Shown here: positions 54,673 to 64,000 of the stretch, piece by piece
Numbering within the stretch: position 1 is the first letter of the stretch
Layout of the letters: every line of letters starts with the position of its first letter
From: Anaerolineales bacterium
GTDB lineage: Bacteria > Chloroflexota > Anaerolineae > Anaerolineales > UBA4823
Direction of reading: 5' to 3'
NCBI GenBank assembly: GCA_003105035.1
Contig: PQAL01000002.1
Location: forward strand, 128,445 to 192,444
Length of the DNA: 64,000 nt
Position numbers and translations under genes: made by a program
Notes under the pieces: generated by a model
Seen by the model: only the letters and a program-made list of their open reading frames with translations
The model's database searches: none
What the model was told of the DNA's origin: nothing

Positions 54673-56820
54673 TCATGCCAGATGTAACAACACCAGCAGC
54701 ATATCGATCATCTTGATCCCAATGAATGGAGCGATTAAACCACCCAGACCATAGATTAGCAGGTTGTCGCGCAATAACTGGGCCGCCCCTTTGGGGCGAT
54801 ACGGAACCCCTTTGAGAGCCAGTGGAACAAGGGCGATGATAATGAGTGCATTAAAGATCACTGCCGATAAGATGGCGCTTTCGGGTGTAGAAAGACGCAT
54901 TAAATTTAAGGCTCCAAGCTGTGGGTAGGTGCTGGCAAACGCGGCGGGAATGATAGTGAAATACTTTGAGACATCATTTGAGATACTGAACGTAGTGAGG
55001 GATCCGCGTGTCATCAGCAGCTGCTTGCCGATTTCCACGATCTCGATCAGTTTTGTCGGGTTGCTGTCCAGGTCGACCATATTGGCGGCTTCTCGGGCAG
55101 GTTGGGTACCCGTATTCATTGCCACCGCCACATCCGCCTGAGCCAGTGCCGGCGCATCATTGGTACCATCACCGGTCATGGCTACCAATCGCCCACCAGA
55201 TTGGTATTCACGGATTAGCTTGAGTTTGGTTTCTGGGGTAGCCTGCGCAAGAAAATCGTCTACCCCAGCCTCAGCTGCAATAGCGGCTGCGGTAAGTGGG
55301 TTGTCACCGGTAATCATTACAGTCTTGATCCCCATTTTTCGCAGGTGTGCGAAACGATCCCTGATTCCGCCTTTGACGATGTCTTTTAGGTGGATTACCC
55401 CCCAGGCTTCACCATTGCATGCCACAACCAGTGGTGTGCCACCCGACTTGGCAATCGATTCAACGACGTGCTCAAGCTCTGCTGGGATCGTATTCCCTTG
55501 TTGCCTGAGATAAGCCAGCATTGCGTCGGGTGCGCCTTTACGAATCGACGTGTCATCCATATCGACGCCGCTCATCCTTGTTTGAGCAGTGAAAGGAATG
55601 AAGTGTGCTCCAGATGGAGCATCCGGTCCAGAGCCAACCGTCCGACCACGCAAGCCAAATTTTTCCTTGGCGAGCACAACGATGCTGCGTCCTTCCGGAG
55701 TTTCATCTGCCAATGATGAGAGCTGGGCAACTTCTGCAAGTTCTTCTGGTTTAATCTTGCCTACAGGGATAAACTCAACCGCTTGGCGGTTGCCAAGTGT
55801 GATCGTTCCGGTCTTGTCTAGAAGAAGCACATCTACGTCACCAGCTGCTTCGACAGCTCGACCAGACATTGCGATCACATTGTGTTGGATCATCCGATCC
55901 ATCCCGGCGATGCCAATGGCAGATAATAATCCGCCGATGGTGGTAGGGATCAAACACACGAGCAGGGCGACCAACACGGTAATCGTGATGGGAGTACCAT
56001 GGCTTTCGGTTTGCACGCTGTAGAGCGAAAATGGTAATAAAGTGATACAAACCACAAGAAATATGAGTGTAAACGCTGCTAGCAGGATGTTTAGGGCGAT
56101 CTCATTGGGTGTCTTTTGCCTTTTTGCGCCTTCGATCAGGTTGATCATGCGATCGAGGAATCCTTCACCTGGGTTCGCGGTTACGCGTATAACCAACCAG
56201 TCCGATAGCAGGCGTGTACCTCCGGTCACTGCGCTGCGGTCACCGCCAGATTCGCGGATGACTGGGGCGCTTTCTCCAGTCACCGCGCTTTCGTCCACCG
56301 AGGCAATTCCATCAATGATTTCACCATCCACAGGGATGATTTCTCCAGCGGTAACCAAGAGATGATCATCCTTGTGAAGGGCTGTCGAAGGTACTGTATC
56401 GACTGCCGCCTCACGGTTGGGGGTGCGGAGTTTTTTTGCCATGGTTTCACGTTGGGTTTTGCGTAATGCTTCTGCCTGGGCTTTTCCACGGCCTTCAGCT
56501 ACTGCCTCTGAAAAATTAGCAAACAGCACCGTGAACCATAACCAGAGCGTTACCGTACCAATGAATCCAGCAGGTGCTTCACCATGACCAGTCATAGCTT
56601 GAACCAATAAGATTGTTGTTAGTGAGCTGCCAACTTCCACAACCATCATGACCGGGTTGCGTACCATGTGGCGTGGATCCAGTTTTTTAAATGCATCGAT
56701 CACCGCCCGTTCGTATAGCTGGCGCCGCTTCGATAGTGACTTTGAAGAGTGTACTACCATTCTAAGACCTGTTCTGGTTCTTGCCATACTTATTGAGCAT
56801 GATCCCTCGATTGTCACCAA
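54673..56820 (-). CDS. kdpB: Potassium-transporting P-type ATPase subunit B
   Basis: '[10 protein letters not shown]', '[10 protein letters not shown]' and '[15 protein letters not shown]'. The start is ambiguous: TTG 56820, GTG 56817 (GTGA overlap with the kdpA stop), ATG 56787 or ATG 56760. Confidence 0.95.
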   Translation of the reverse strand: MVTIEGSCSISMARTRTGLRMVVHSSKSLSKRRQLYERAVIDAFKKLDPRHMVRNPVMMVVEVGSSLTTILLVQAMTGHGEAPAGFIGTVTLWLWFTVLFANFSEAVAEGRGKAQAEALRKTQRETMAKKLRTPNREAAVDTVPSTALHKDDHLLVTAGEIIPVDGEIIDGIASVDESAVTGESAPVIRESGGDRSAVTGGTRLLSDWLVIRVTANPGEGFLDRMINLIEGAKRQKTPNEIALNILLAAFTLIFLVVCITLLPFSLYSVQTESHGTPITITVLVALLVCLIPTTIGGLLSAIGIAGMDRMIQHNVIAMSGRAVEAAGDVDVLLLDKTGTITLGNRQAVEFIPVGKIKPEELAEVAQLSSLADETPEGRSIVVLAKEKFGLRGRTVGSGPDAPSGAHFIPFTAQTRMSGVDMDDTSIRKGAPDAMLAYLRQQGNTIPAELEHVVESIAKSGGTPLVVACNGEAWGVIHLKDIVKGGIRDRFAHLRKMGIKTVMITGDNPLTAAAIAAEAGVDDFLAQATPETKLKLIREYQSGGRLVAMTGDGTNDAPALAQADVAVAMNTGTQPAREAANMVDLDSNPTKLIEIVEIGKQLLMTRGSLTTFSISNDVSKYFTIIPAAFASTYPQLGALNLMRLSTPESAILSAVIFNALIIIALVPLALKGVPYRPKGAAQLLRDNLLIYGLGGLIAPFIGIKMIDMLLVLLHLA

Positions 56821-58613
56821 AGCATTAAATGCTCAACAATTGGTCCCAATGCCAGGGCTGGGAAAAAGTTCAATGCACCCACAAGGATAACAACAGCGCT
56901 CAACCAGACGATGAATAATGGTGTGTGGGTTGGGAGGGTGCCAGCACTCTCGGGTGACTTTTTCTTCTTTACCAGCGATCCAGCTAATGCCAATGTCGGA
57001 ACAGCCAGGAAGAACCGGCCAATCAGCATTTCAATCCCACCAGTAATGTTATAAAACGGATTATTTGCCGCAATTCCTGCAAACGCGCTACCATTATTAT
57101 TCCCTTGCGAGGTATAGGCGTACAGGATTTCGCTGAAACCATGTGGGCCCGGATTGAGTATTGCAGCTTTACCTGGATTGGTAAGTACGGCGATTGCGGT
57201 AAATGTCAGCACGCTGATCGGCATGATCAAGATGAGCAGCGCCGCCATTTTCATCTCGTAGGTTTCGATCTTCTTTCCCAGGTACTCAGGCGTACGGCCT
57301 ACCATCAATCCCGCCACAAATACCGCTACGATCACAAAAACCAACATCCCATACAAGCCCGAGCCGACCCCGCCAAAAGATACTTCGCCCAACATCATCA
57401 TCCACATCATCGCCAGACCCCCCAGCGGAGTGTATGAATCATGCATGCTGTTTACCGAACCGTTTGATGCAGCCGTGGTTGCCGTTGCCCACAGGGCAGA
57501 ATTGACCGTCCCAAAACGGACTTCCTTGCCTTCCATGTTGCCACCGGGATTCGTTGTACTGCTCGTTTGGTCTGCCCCTAGGCTGGCTAAAGCCGGGTTG
57601 CCAGTCTGTTCAGCCGCGAAGGCAAGCCCAAGCCCTATCCACAGTAATACCAGCATGGCTGCCAGGATTGCCCAGCCCTGACGTGTAGATCCAACCATAT
57701 AGCCGAAGGTGTATGTAAGTGCTGCTGGAATGAGCAGGATGGATAGCATTTCCACAAAATTAGACAGGGGTGTTGGGTTTTCAAACGGATGGGTGGAGTT
57801 GGCATTAAAAAATCCGCCCCCATTGGTTCCCAGTTCTTTGATGGCGATCTGTGAGGCAGCCGGACCAACAGCCAATAGCTGGGTGGTCTGAGTGATAGTT
57901 TCTGTTAGCGAATTACCGCTGGCATCGGTGACGAGGTTACCCTTGGCATCCAGGATGGGCTGTTGAGATGTGGATGGTTGGACAAGCGAGACTTGTTTAT
58001 ACGGCGAGAATGTCTGTACCACCCCCTGGCTCACCAGGAATATAGCCAGGATCATCGCCATCGGCAGTAAGATGTATAACACCCCGCGCGTCATGTCGAC
58101 CCAGAAGTTACCAATCCTAGTGGTTTGTTTGCGGGTCAATGAGCGGATAAACGCCATCAGTACCGCCATGCCAGCCGCAGCTGACATAAAGTTTTGGACG
58201 GTTAACCCAACCATTTGGGGTAGATAGCTCAGTGTGTTTTCTCCGCCGTAAGCTTGCCAATTTGTGTTGGTGACGAAACTGATCGCTGTATTGAATGAAA
58301 GGTCTGGAGAGACTGCTCCAAGCTTCTGGGGGTTTAGTGGAAGCAGCCCCTGCAGTCGTTGGAGCAGGTATAGGGCCACGAAGCTGACCAGGCTGAAGAC
58401 CAGCAATGAGATGGCATAGACCTTCCAATCCATCTCGTCTTCCTCCCTGATCCCGAAAATTCGGTACAGGAATCTTTCCAGCGGGCGAAGGGGGCTATGG
58501 AGAATGGTGCTATCACCTTGATAAACCCGTGCCATGTATAAGCCTAGGGGTTTGACCAGCATGATCAGGATGATGAAAAAGATCGTCACTTGCAAAAAAC
58601 TATTAAATGTCAT
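56814..58613 (-). CDS. kdpA: Potassium-transporting ATPase subunit A
   Basis: 599-aa polytopic protein with KdpA sequence throughout ('[10 protein letters not shown]', 'GTNGGGFF'). Confidence 0.95.
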   Translation of the reverse strand: MTFNSFLQVTIFFIILIMLVKPLGLYMARVYQGDSTILHSPLRPLERFLYRIFGIREEDEMDWKVYAISLLVFSLVSFVALYLLQRLQGLLPLNPQKLGAVSPDLSFNTAISFVTNTNWQAYGGENTLSYLPQMVGLTVQNFMSAAAGMAVLMAFIRSLTRKQTTRIGNFWVDMTRGVLYILLPMAMILAIFLVSQGVVQTFSPYKQVSLVQPSTSQQPILDAKGNLVTDASGNSLTETITQTTQLLAVGPAASQIAIKELGTNGGGFFNANSTHPFENPTPLSNFVEMLSILLIPAALTYTFGYMVGSTRQGWAILAAMLVLLWIGLGLAFAAEQTGNPALASLGADQTSSTTNPGGNMEGKEVRFGTVNSALWATATTAASNGSVNSMHDSYTPLGGLAMMWMMMLGEVSFGGVGSGLYGMLVFVIVAVFVAGLMVGRTPEYLGKKIETYEMKMAALLILIMPISVLTFTAIAVLTNPGKAAILNPGPHGFSEILYAYTSQGNNNGSAFAGIAANNPFYNITGGIEMLIGRFFLAVPTLALAGSLVKKKKSPESAGTLPTHTPLFIVWLSAVVILVGALNFFPALALGPIVEHLMLW

Positions 58614-58632
58614 TCGCTGTCCAGTCCGCTTT

Positions 58633-58725
58633 TCAGTCGAACCACTCCGGTTTTAAGAGTGCGAGTAGTAAGTAGACCAATAGAGAAATCGAGATCAATC
58701 CCGTTAGGATATAGAAGATATCCAT
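58633..58725 (-). CDS. kdpF: Potassium-transporting ATPase subunit F (30 aa, below the ORF-track cutoff)
   Basis: Hand translation gives MDIFYILTGLISISLLVYLLLALLKPEWFD. The C-terminal 'VYLLxALLKPExF' is the KdpF signature. It sits 19 nt upstream of kdpA. Confidence 0.75.
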   Translation of the reverse strand: MDIFYILTGLISISLLVYLLLALLKPEWFD

Positions 58726-58726
58726 A

Positions 58727-58819
58727 TCACTCATCCATCAGGCCCTGGCATAGAGCGATCAAGCCCCAGCAGGCGATAAATACTACGGCAATCATCGCAA
58801 GGTAAAGTAGGTCCAACAT
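58727..58819 (-). CDS. Additional 30-aa hydrophobic peptide opening the kdp operon
   Basis: Hand translation gives MLDLLYLAMIAVVFIACWGLIALCQGLMDE. SD 'aggag' lies 6 nt upstream. Its stop is 1 nt before the kdpF ATG (TGATATG). Confidence 0.5.
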   Translation of the reverse strand: MLDLLYLAMIAVVFIACWGLIALCQGLMDE

Positions 58820-59038
58820 AAGCTGCTCCTGATTACATCCAGTCCAGCTTAATATAGTGTTTTTGAGGTCAAGTTGGTGGCAAGGTATTGAATAAATGGG
58901 TCAAGAAAAAATAAAAATCTCGCTAAAAATGTAATTGATCTGTTTTCTGGCCAGAAAAAAGCTGTAAATATTCTCCCCCATCCAAAATAAGTAATGACAT
59001 TCTTCGATCGCTAACTTGTGATTGGATATATATTGAAA

Positions 59039-59800
59039 TTATTCCAACAGCTGTTTTAGCCTGAGGGCATTGGCTGGTGCGTACCCTTCAAAGTCGTTAT
59101 TAAAAAATACATACACCTGCCTGGCCCCTTTTTTTGCTAAGTTTTGGGCGAGCCGGGCGATTTCTTCAAGCTCGGTATTTGAGTAGTTATATGAATACCA
59201 GTGGCCACGGCCGTGCATGCGCAGGTAGGCTCTCGTCGAGGTGAGATGATCGGTGAGCTTATGCTGGGGCGAATCTACATTGCAGAGTGTAGCTCCTAGC
59301 TCTTCCAACAGACGCATGGTGTCTTGGCCATACCAATCGGAACGCCGGAATTCGACCGCTGCCCGGGTGGGGTCAGGGAAAGCTGAAAGGGCTGTGCGCA
59401 AGCGTCCTGAGTCTATGGGCATATTAGGTGCCACCTGGAGCAGGATCATTTTGAATTTGTCTCCCAGCAGTGTGCACGAGCGATAAAAAGCCTGAATATC
59501 CTGCTCCACATCCAACAGGAACTTGCGATGGGTGATCAACTTCGGCGCTTTGAGCACGTAACCGAACCCTTCGGGAGCGCCCTGCCTCCAGTTCAGGTAG
59601 GTCTGGTCTTTAAACGTGCGGTAAAAGGTGGCATTGACCTCCACCGCTGAAAATTGGCTTGAGTAATGATCGAACCACTTCTTTTGAGGCAGTTCAGGTG
59701 GGTAAAAACGGCCTTTCCAGTGCTCATAGGTCCAACCGGATGTGCCGATGTAATAAATTGGCTGCTCAGCTGGCATTGCCAGGCGGTTTATTTTGTCCAT
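59039..59800 (-). CDS. DUF72 (YecE/UPF0759) family protein
   Basis: 'IGTSGWTYEHWKGRFYP' and 'FSAVEVNATFYR'. Confidence 0.85.
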   Translation of the reverse strand: MDKINRLAMPAEQPIYYIGTSGWTYEHWKGRFYPPELPQKKWFDHYSSQFSAVEVNATFYRTFKDQTYLNWRQGAPEGFGYVLKAPKLITHRKFLLDVEQDIQAFYRSCTLLGDKFKMILLQVAPNMPIDSGRLRTALSAFPDPTRAAVEFRRSDWYGQDTMRLLEELGATLCNVDSPQHKLTDHLTSTRAYLRMHGRGHWYSYNYSNTELEEIARLAQNLAKKGARQVYVFFNNDFEGYAPANALRLKQLLE

Positions 59801-59834
59801 GGATTATCCATTTTATTATTGCTCAGCCCCCTTA

Positions 59835-59875
59835 AATCAGAAGCGCCCTGCACGCTATTGCGCACAGAGCGCTTC
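59835..59875 (-). terminator. Candidate terminator hairpin after the MerR-vWA operon
   Basis: 'gaagcgc' (59840-59846) pairs with 'gcgcttc' (59869-59875), with 'tgattt' trailing on the minus strand. Two further hairpins lie at 59881-59896 and 59904-59920. Confidence 0.4.
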
Positions 59876-59975
59876 ACGACCAACCCCCTGGGGTTGAAAC
59901 CCTAATGCGTAGAACGCATTGTTTTATCTAAATCTTATTTTATCACCAGATTTCTTTAAAAATCATTAAAGTTGT

Positions 59976-61223
59976 CTAGTCTTCTTTGTGTTCTTTTTGA
60001 CGCTTCCGGTTGTAGCTCTGCCATTGTGAGTGCTTACGGTCGGCTTCATCCATGCCGCGTTTCATACGTGCAGACATATCTTCGTAGTTCGAAGAGTCCT
60101 GTGCTGAAACATACGGCCGGCTAAGGTTGATCTGTTGAGTAAGCAATTGATTGGCTGCTTCCCGTTCTCCCCGGCGCTCGAGCTTCAGGGCTTCTGTGGC
60201 AGCATCCGCCAGCTCGACCACGCTGAAACGCTGCATGACCTCCTGGTTTACCGCGGCTTCTTCCACTTCCTTCCCGCTCGCATACCTGAAGCTTGTCTCT
60301 GCCTGGCCTTCGAACACCTGCCCAGGTTGACCCTGGCTGAAGACCTTGGCGTTGAGCTTCAGTTCATCTGCAGCTGCCCCAGCCGGTACCTGCAATTTCA
60401 CGTAAAGATCCTGCAGCCTGCCTGAGAGCATGTCACCCAGGTAGATGTGCAGGCTGCCATCTTTATATTCAGCAGCCCAACCACCCAATACCTGCCAATC
60501 CATGCTCATCGGGAGGTCGATCTTCACTTCCACCTTACGCACCGTGATGCCGATCAATTCTTCAAATTCCTTCAAGAAAATCTTGACGATTCGCTCAGGC
60601 CGTTCAATGTAATAAAAGTTACCGCCACCCCGGTTAGCCATCGCTTCGAGAAGATGCTCATTAAACCCATGCCCAACACCGAAGGTCGAGGTGGAGATGG
60701 AATCCTTGTACAGCTCGAAGGCATGTTGCGCCAGGATTTCTGGGTCAGTCTGGCCCACGTTGGCCAGCCCATCCGTGAGCAGCATGGTGCGGTTGATGGT
60801 CCCCTCTCCGGCAGCTGCAGCGATTTCCCTGCAGCCGGTCAGCCAGCCATCGCGCAGGTTGGTCATATTTCCAGACGTGATGCTGGAGATCAGCTGTTTT
60901 ATCTCGAAGCGGTTGCCGTGGGTTACCTTCATGCTGTGCGCCAGCACCTGGATGGTGTCATCATATACCACCAGGGCCACTTGGTCTTGCGCTTGCAATT
61001 GTTCAAGCACGTGGCAGGCAGCCTGCTTCACATATTCTAGTTTTGCACCATTCATCGATCCGCTACGGTCGAGCACCAATGCCAGGTTGATATCCGGCCG
61101 CCGATCGTCTTTCGATGCCTCAGGAGCCTGTACCCGGATTTCCAGAATTCGTTGAGTGGTATTTTCCTTCGATATGAGGCTCTTGTCTGAATTTAATTGG
61201 ATGTTGAGTTTTTCCTGGTTCAT
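59976..61223 (-). CDS. Cytoplasmic von Willebrand factor type A (vWA) domain protein with a long C-terminal extension
   Basis: MIDAS 'DRSGSMNG...T...TDG'. No signal peptide or TM. The ATG overlaps the merR-like stop (ATGA). Confidence 0.85.
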   Translation of the reverse strand: MNQEKLNIQLNSDKSLISKENTTQRILEIRVQAPEASKDDRRPDINLALVLDRSGSMNGAKLEYVKQAACHVLEQLQAQDQVALVVYDDTIQVLAHSMKVTHGNRFEIKQLISSITSGNMTNLRDGWLTGCREIAAAAGEGTINRTMLLTDGLANVGQTDPEILAQHAFELYKDSISTSTFGVGHGFNEHLLEAMANRGGGNFYYIERPERIVKIFLKEFEELIGITVRKVEVKIDLPMSMDWQVLGGWAAEYKDGSLHIYLGDMLSGRLQDLYVKLQVPAGAAADELKLNAKVFSQGQPGQVFEGQAETSFRYASGKEVEEAAVNQEVMQRFSVVELADAATEALKLERRGEREAANQLLTQQINLSRPYVSAQDSSNYEDMSARMKRGMDEADRKHSQWQSYNRKRQKEHKED

Positions 61224-61846
61224 TTCGTTCCTCCTTGTAATTTTGTGCTAAAGATTTTCCTTGAGAAACTGAGCAGCTGCCTGACTCGATATTCCATTTC
61301 TGGTTGTATTGGGTGGCGAAGATGAAGCTCTACCCCGGTTGCCAGCTCAAATCTTTGCCACATGCCTTCGCTCTCGTCTGAATAGATATCCTGCAGGTTG
61401 CTCATTGGTGGCACCGCTAAATCGGATTGTCTTGTGATCCTTATCTGGTTTTTTTCCGTCGTTCCTTTCGTTTTATATCTGGATTGGTCTTCCATGATCT
61501 GGTCGATATATTGAAGTGCCTTTTCAGCGGGCCTGGCATTGGGTTGGGAAGGCATGGGTTGACCTTGGAACCGGGGAGTGGTGGCTGAAGGCTCGAGCAG
61601 TTTATGCTTAACCTCCTCATCCGATAGCGTGTTCATGATTTCCCGGATTTCACGCAGCGGCAGGTAGGATTCCTTCAGCCTGCGGATGAGCTCCAGCCTG
61701 TCCAGGTAGCTGGGTGAGTAGTAAGAATATTTCCCCTGGTAGCTAGGCTGGGGCAGGAGCCCTTCTTCGATGTAATAGCGTATCGTTCGAACGGATATCC
61801 CGGCCCGTTCTGCCAGCTCATGGATTAAAAATTCTTCTACAACCAT
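61220..61846 (-). CDS. MerR family transcriptional regulator with an uncharacterised C-terminal domain
   Basis: 'LAERAGISVRTIRYYIEEGLLP' HTH, followed by the 'YSPSYLDRLELIRRLKE' dimerisation helix. 208 aa. Confidence 0.9.
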   Translation of the reverse strand: MVVEEFLIHELAERAGISVRTIRYYIEEGLLPQPSYQGKYSYYSPSYLDRLELIRRLKESYLPLREIREIMNTLSDEEVKHKLLEPSATTPRFQGQPMPSQPNARPAEKALQYIDQIMEDQSRYKTKGTTEKNQIRITRQSDLAVPPMSNLQDIYSDESEGMWQRFELATGVELHLRHPIQPEMEYRVRQLLSFSRKIFSTKLQGGTK

Positions 61847-61893
61847 TTGGCACTCCTTGCTTCATTTTCTCTTTTCATTTGTCTGATAATAAC

Positions 61894-61922
61894 ATTATAA
61901 CAGTATTACGTAATAATGTCAA
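61894..61922 (-). promoter_or_regulatory. Consensus sigma70 promoter with a perfect palindrome in the spacer (candidate MerR operator)
   Basis: Minus strand: TTGACA (61922-61917), a 17-nt spacer, then TATAAT (61899-61894). The spacer contains the 12-bp palindrome 'tattacgtaata' (61904-61915). Confidence 0.65.
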
Positions 61923-62020
61923 CGAGGAGATGGATGATTCCACATTTTTCGTAAAGGGATATCATGTTGAGTTGAATTTATGGAGAAAAGTGTAAATTTG
62001 TGCCCGTAGAAAATAGGGGT

Positions 62021-62620
62021 TTACGCCAAGGAGTAAAGTATGGGTCGGATATTGCCATGCCCTGGGTATATGTGGCTGGCGCCTTTTTCCCTCAAATGCT
62101 GCCAGCTGGTCTTCACCAAATTTTCTGCTTCTCCCCAGGCGAGCTCCTCCGGTGTCAGGTCGCCGGTAAAGGCCGAGCCATCGTCCAGCAGTAAGGACAC
62201 GCTATCATCGGAGTGCCCTGGGGTGTGCAGGATCTCGCCTGGAATACCAGCCCTGGCCAGTAAGTCACGGCTCTCCGTGGTCGAAATGATCACATTTCCA
62301 TCCGACGCGATATCTACATAATGGTCTTGGGATTTGGTGAACTGCTTCATCAGCGGGATATGAGGCACTTGGATGTCGATGACAATCAACGCCACCCCTG
62401 CCAGCTTGAGCTCTTGGGCCAGCCCGGCATGGTCGATGTGATAGTGAGTAGCCAGGGCATAGCAGATCTCTTTGCGGGGAATGTCCATTTGGTGGAGCCT
62501 TTTACACATCGTCCCCATCGTGCCAGGGTAGCCCAGGTCTACCAGTATGCGGGAATTCCCCGCGCTGATTACCCAGTAGTTGGTGGACAGGTACCCGACG
62601 TTAACGATGGTGAGAGCCAT
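62021..62620 (-). CDS. MBL-fold metallo-hydrolase
   Basis: 'HYHIDHAG' (HxHxDH), 'HTPGHSDDS' and a C-terminal 'PGHG'. The likely start is ATG 62620 ('MALTIVNVGYL'); the track start is 62683. Confidence 0.85.
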   Translation of the reverse strand: MALTIVNVGYLSTNYWVISAGNSRILVDLGYPGTMGTMCKRLHQMDIPRKEICYALATHYHIDHAGLAQELKLAGVALIVIDIQVPHIPLMKQFTKSQDHYVDIASDGNVIISTTESRDLLARAGIPGEILHTPGHSDDSVSLLLDDGSAFTGDLTPEELAWGEAENLVKTSWQHLREKGASHIYPGHGNIRPILYSLA

Positions 62621-63047
62621 TGGCTTATGTATGGTCCTTCGAACCACTACCCTATTATGCCACAGGCCAGGAACCCGATTCACAGGGTTTGCAAAAAATC
62701 AGTGTGACCAAAAGCAGTGGACTCTGCTCCACAAACGGCGTTTTTTCGGGAAGATATTCCGCTCCTAGTGGTCATATTCTAGTTATGCCCTGTGTTCGAT
62801 CTTTTTCAAGAATTCATTTCAATGAATTATTGTTCGGTATAATAACAATATTTAATTAATCGGGCAATCATCGCGTTTCAGCTACTTCTTTGTGTTGTTA
62901 CAATTTATTTCCGATCAATCCGGGTCCTTAACATTGGTGATACAACTTTGCGGGGCCTTGGTCGAAGTTACACTTGATATTCTTTGCTGAGTTTCGTAAA
63001 ACCTCAGGAAACAGGAAGGATATTTTTTAAGTGATGAGATTAATCAC

Positions 63048-64000
63048 ATGAAACTTATTCGTTATTCAATCTTGCGGGATCAATACGACGTGATCGTGGT
63101 GGGAGCGGGCTTGGGCGGGCTATCGGCGGCCGGCCTGTTAGCAAAACGGGGTTTATCGGTGCTGCTCATCGACCAGCAGGACAAACCCGGTGGATCATGC
63201 ACGTCCTTTAAACGAGAAGACCATGTCTTTGACGTGGGCACTGCCATGTTGTATGGCTTTGGTGAAAAAGGTTTCCGCCCGTTTCGGTTCCTGATCAACG
63301 AGCTGGAAGCACCCATCGACGTGGTGGCCCATGAGACCCTGGCCCGCATGACCTTTGAAGGGCAGGAGATTGTGTTCTGGCCAGACATTGAGCGTTTCCT
63401 GCAGGAACTGTTTCGTTTATACCCGCAGGAAAAGGATGGCTTGCGAGCGTTCTATCAAGAACTCACCAGGATGTATGAGAATATCGTGGTCAAGAACGAG
63501 ATTGTCTCACCTCCGTCTGAGCTATCGCCCCGGCAGGCACTGCGCCAGCTGATGAGTGATCCCCTGGTCATCGTAAAAATGCAGAGGCTCCTCTCCATAA
63601 GCACCCTGGACTTGCTTAGAAAATTCTTCCATACCCCAGAGGTGATCGATTTTTTTGACAAGCTCTGTTCTGCCTATGCCTATACCACCGCAGCGGAAAC
63701 CCCTGCAGTACTGGCAGCAACGATGTTCATAGATAACCATATTGGTGGGGTTTATTTCCCTGCTGGCGGTGCGCAGATGCTCCCCAACACCATCGAGAAA
63801 GCCTTCGAGCGTTTTGGCGGTCAGACGCTCTATCGCCAGATGGTGGATGAAATCCTTATCAAAGATGGTCAAGCTTATGGCGTTCGCCTCAGCGATGGGG
63901 TTGAGATTCTCGCCGAGCGCGTCATCGCCAATGCCACGGTTTGGAACGTTTATGGCAAGCTGGTGAAGCCGGAGCACATCCAGCCAAAGCGGCTTAAGTG
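63048..64000 (+). CDS. FAD-dependent oxidoreductase, phytoene desaturase (CrtI/CrtN) family, 5' partial (runs off the window)
   Basis: Absent from the ORF track because there is no stop in the window. Hand translation from ATG 63048 gives 'MKLIRYSILRDQYDVIVVGAGLGGLSAAGLLAKRGLSVLLIDQQDKPGGSCTSF...', with a Rossmann GxGxxG motif. The frame stays open to 64000. Confidence 0.85.
   Translation, partial: MKLIRYSILRDQYDVIVVGAGLGGLSAAGLLAKRGLSVLLIDQQDKPGGSCTSFKREDHVFDVGTAMLYGFGEKGFRPFRFLINELEAPIDVVAHETLARMTFEGQEIVFWPDIERFLQELFRLYPQEKDGLRAFYQELTRMYENIVVKNEIVSPPSELSPRQALRQLMSDPLVIVKMQRLLSISTLDLLRKFFHTPEVIDFFDKLCSAYAYTTAAETPAVLAATMFIDNHIGGVYFPAGGAQMLPNTIEKAFERFGGQTLYRQMVDEILIKDGQAYGVRLSDGVEILAERVIANATVWNVYGKLVKPEHIQPKRLK

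Noticed and set aside
58820-59038. Possible c-di-AMP (ydaO/kimA-type) riboswitch upstream of the kdp operon.
   Set aside because: The region is AT-rich, has little potential for the pseudo-two-fold ydaO architecture, and lacks the conserved ACGGGGA-type elements. Only a palindrome and a possible -10 box were seen.

Overview
This 64-kb chromosomal window holds about 65 protein genes. I recognised no rRNA genes, tRNA genes or CRISPR arrays. GC content is moderate, with a few clearly AT-rich intergenic islands. The gene content suggests an anaerobic Chloroflexota/Anaerolineae-like bacterium: a T-box on thrS, indolepyruvate:ferredoxin oxidoreductase plus an ADP-forming acyl-CoA synthetase, many ABC-2 exporters, and small hairpin repeat elements. 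That assignment is inference only.

Order of the main blocks:
- GNAT acetyltransferase.
- Methyl-cycle trio: PfkB kinase, ahcY, and a divergent O-methyltransferase.
- T-box-controlled thrS.
- infC-rpmI-rplT, where infC needs a non-canonical ATC start.
- Macro-domain protein overlapping a TrmH-type methyltransferase.
- TetR plus an ABC-2/HlyD/two-ATPase efflux operon.
- A six-gene operon (15.6-20.0 kb), described below.
- MFS transporter, GNAT, an orphan ChrB C-terminal domain, and an MsbA-like exporter.
- GH4 6-phospho-beta-glucosidase with a SIS isomerase.
- Lipid kinase and acyltransferase, DOPA-dioxygenase-like protein, and an SMR exporter.
- An AT-rich GxxExxY (PD-(D/E)XK) cassette flanked by inverted repeats.
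- iorAB and a small lipoprotein cytochrome c.
- ABC-2 exporter with a CPBP protease and a DUF998-like protein.
- An operon rich in hydrolases and acyltransferases (39.9-47.7 kb), with two lipoyl-less E2-type acyltransferase paralogs.
- ADP-forming acyl-CoA synthetase.
- A full kdp locus (two small peptides, then kdpA, kdpB, an extra gene, kdpC, kdpD, kdpE). The extra gene is a kinase-less KdpD-like TM+GAF protein between kdpB and kdpC.
- DUF72 protein, a translationally coupled MerR-vWA pair, an MBL hydrolase, and a partial CrtI-like oxidoreductase.

The best candidate for an undescribed system is the 15.6-20.0 kb operon. It sits behind an array of five TTGAATAT-type operator half-sites. Five consecutive proteins in it carry the same ~28-aa helical module, which resembles the SHOCT / YvlB-LiaX N-terminal domain. 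These five are a Zn-ribbon-HTH regulator, two beta-helix DUF4097-like proteins, a membrane protein and a small soluble protein.

All calls come from reading the translations and the sequence. No database search was possible.
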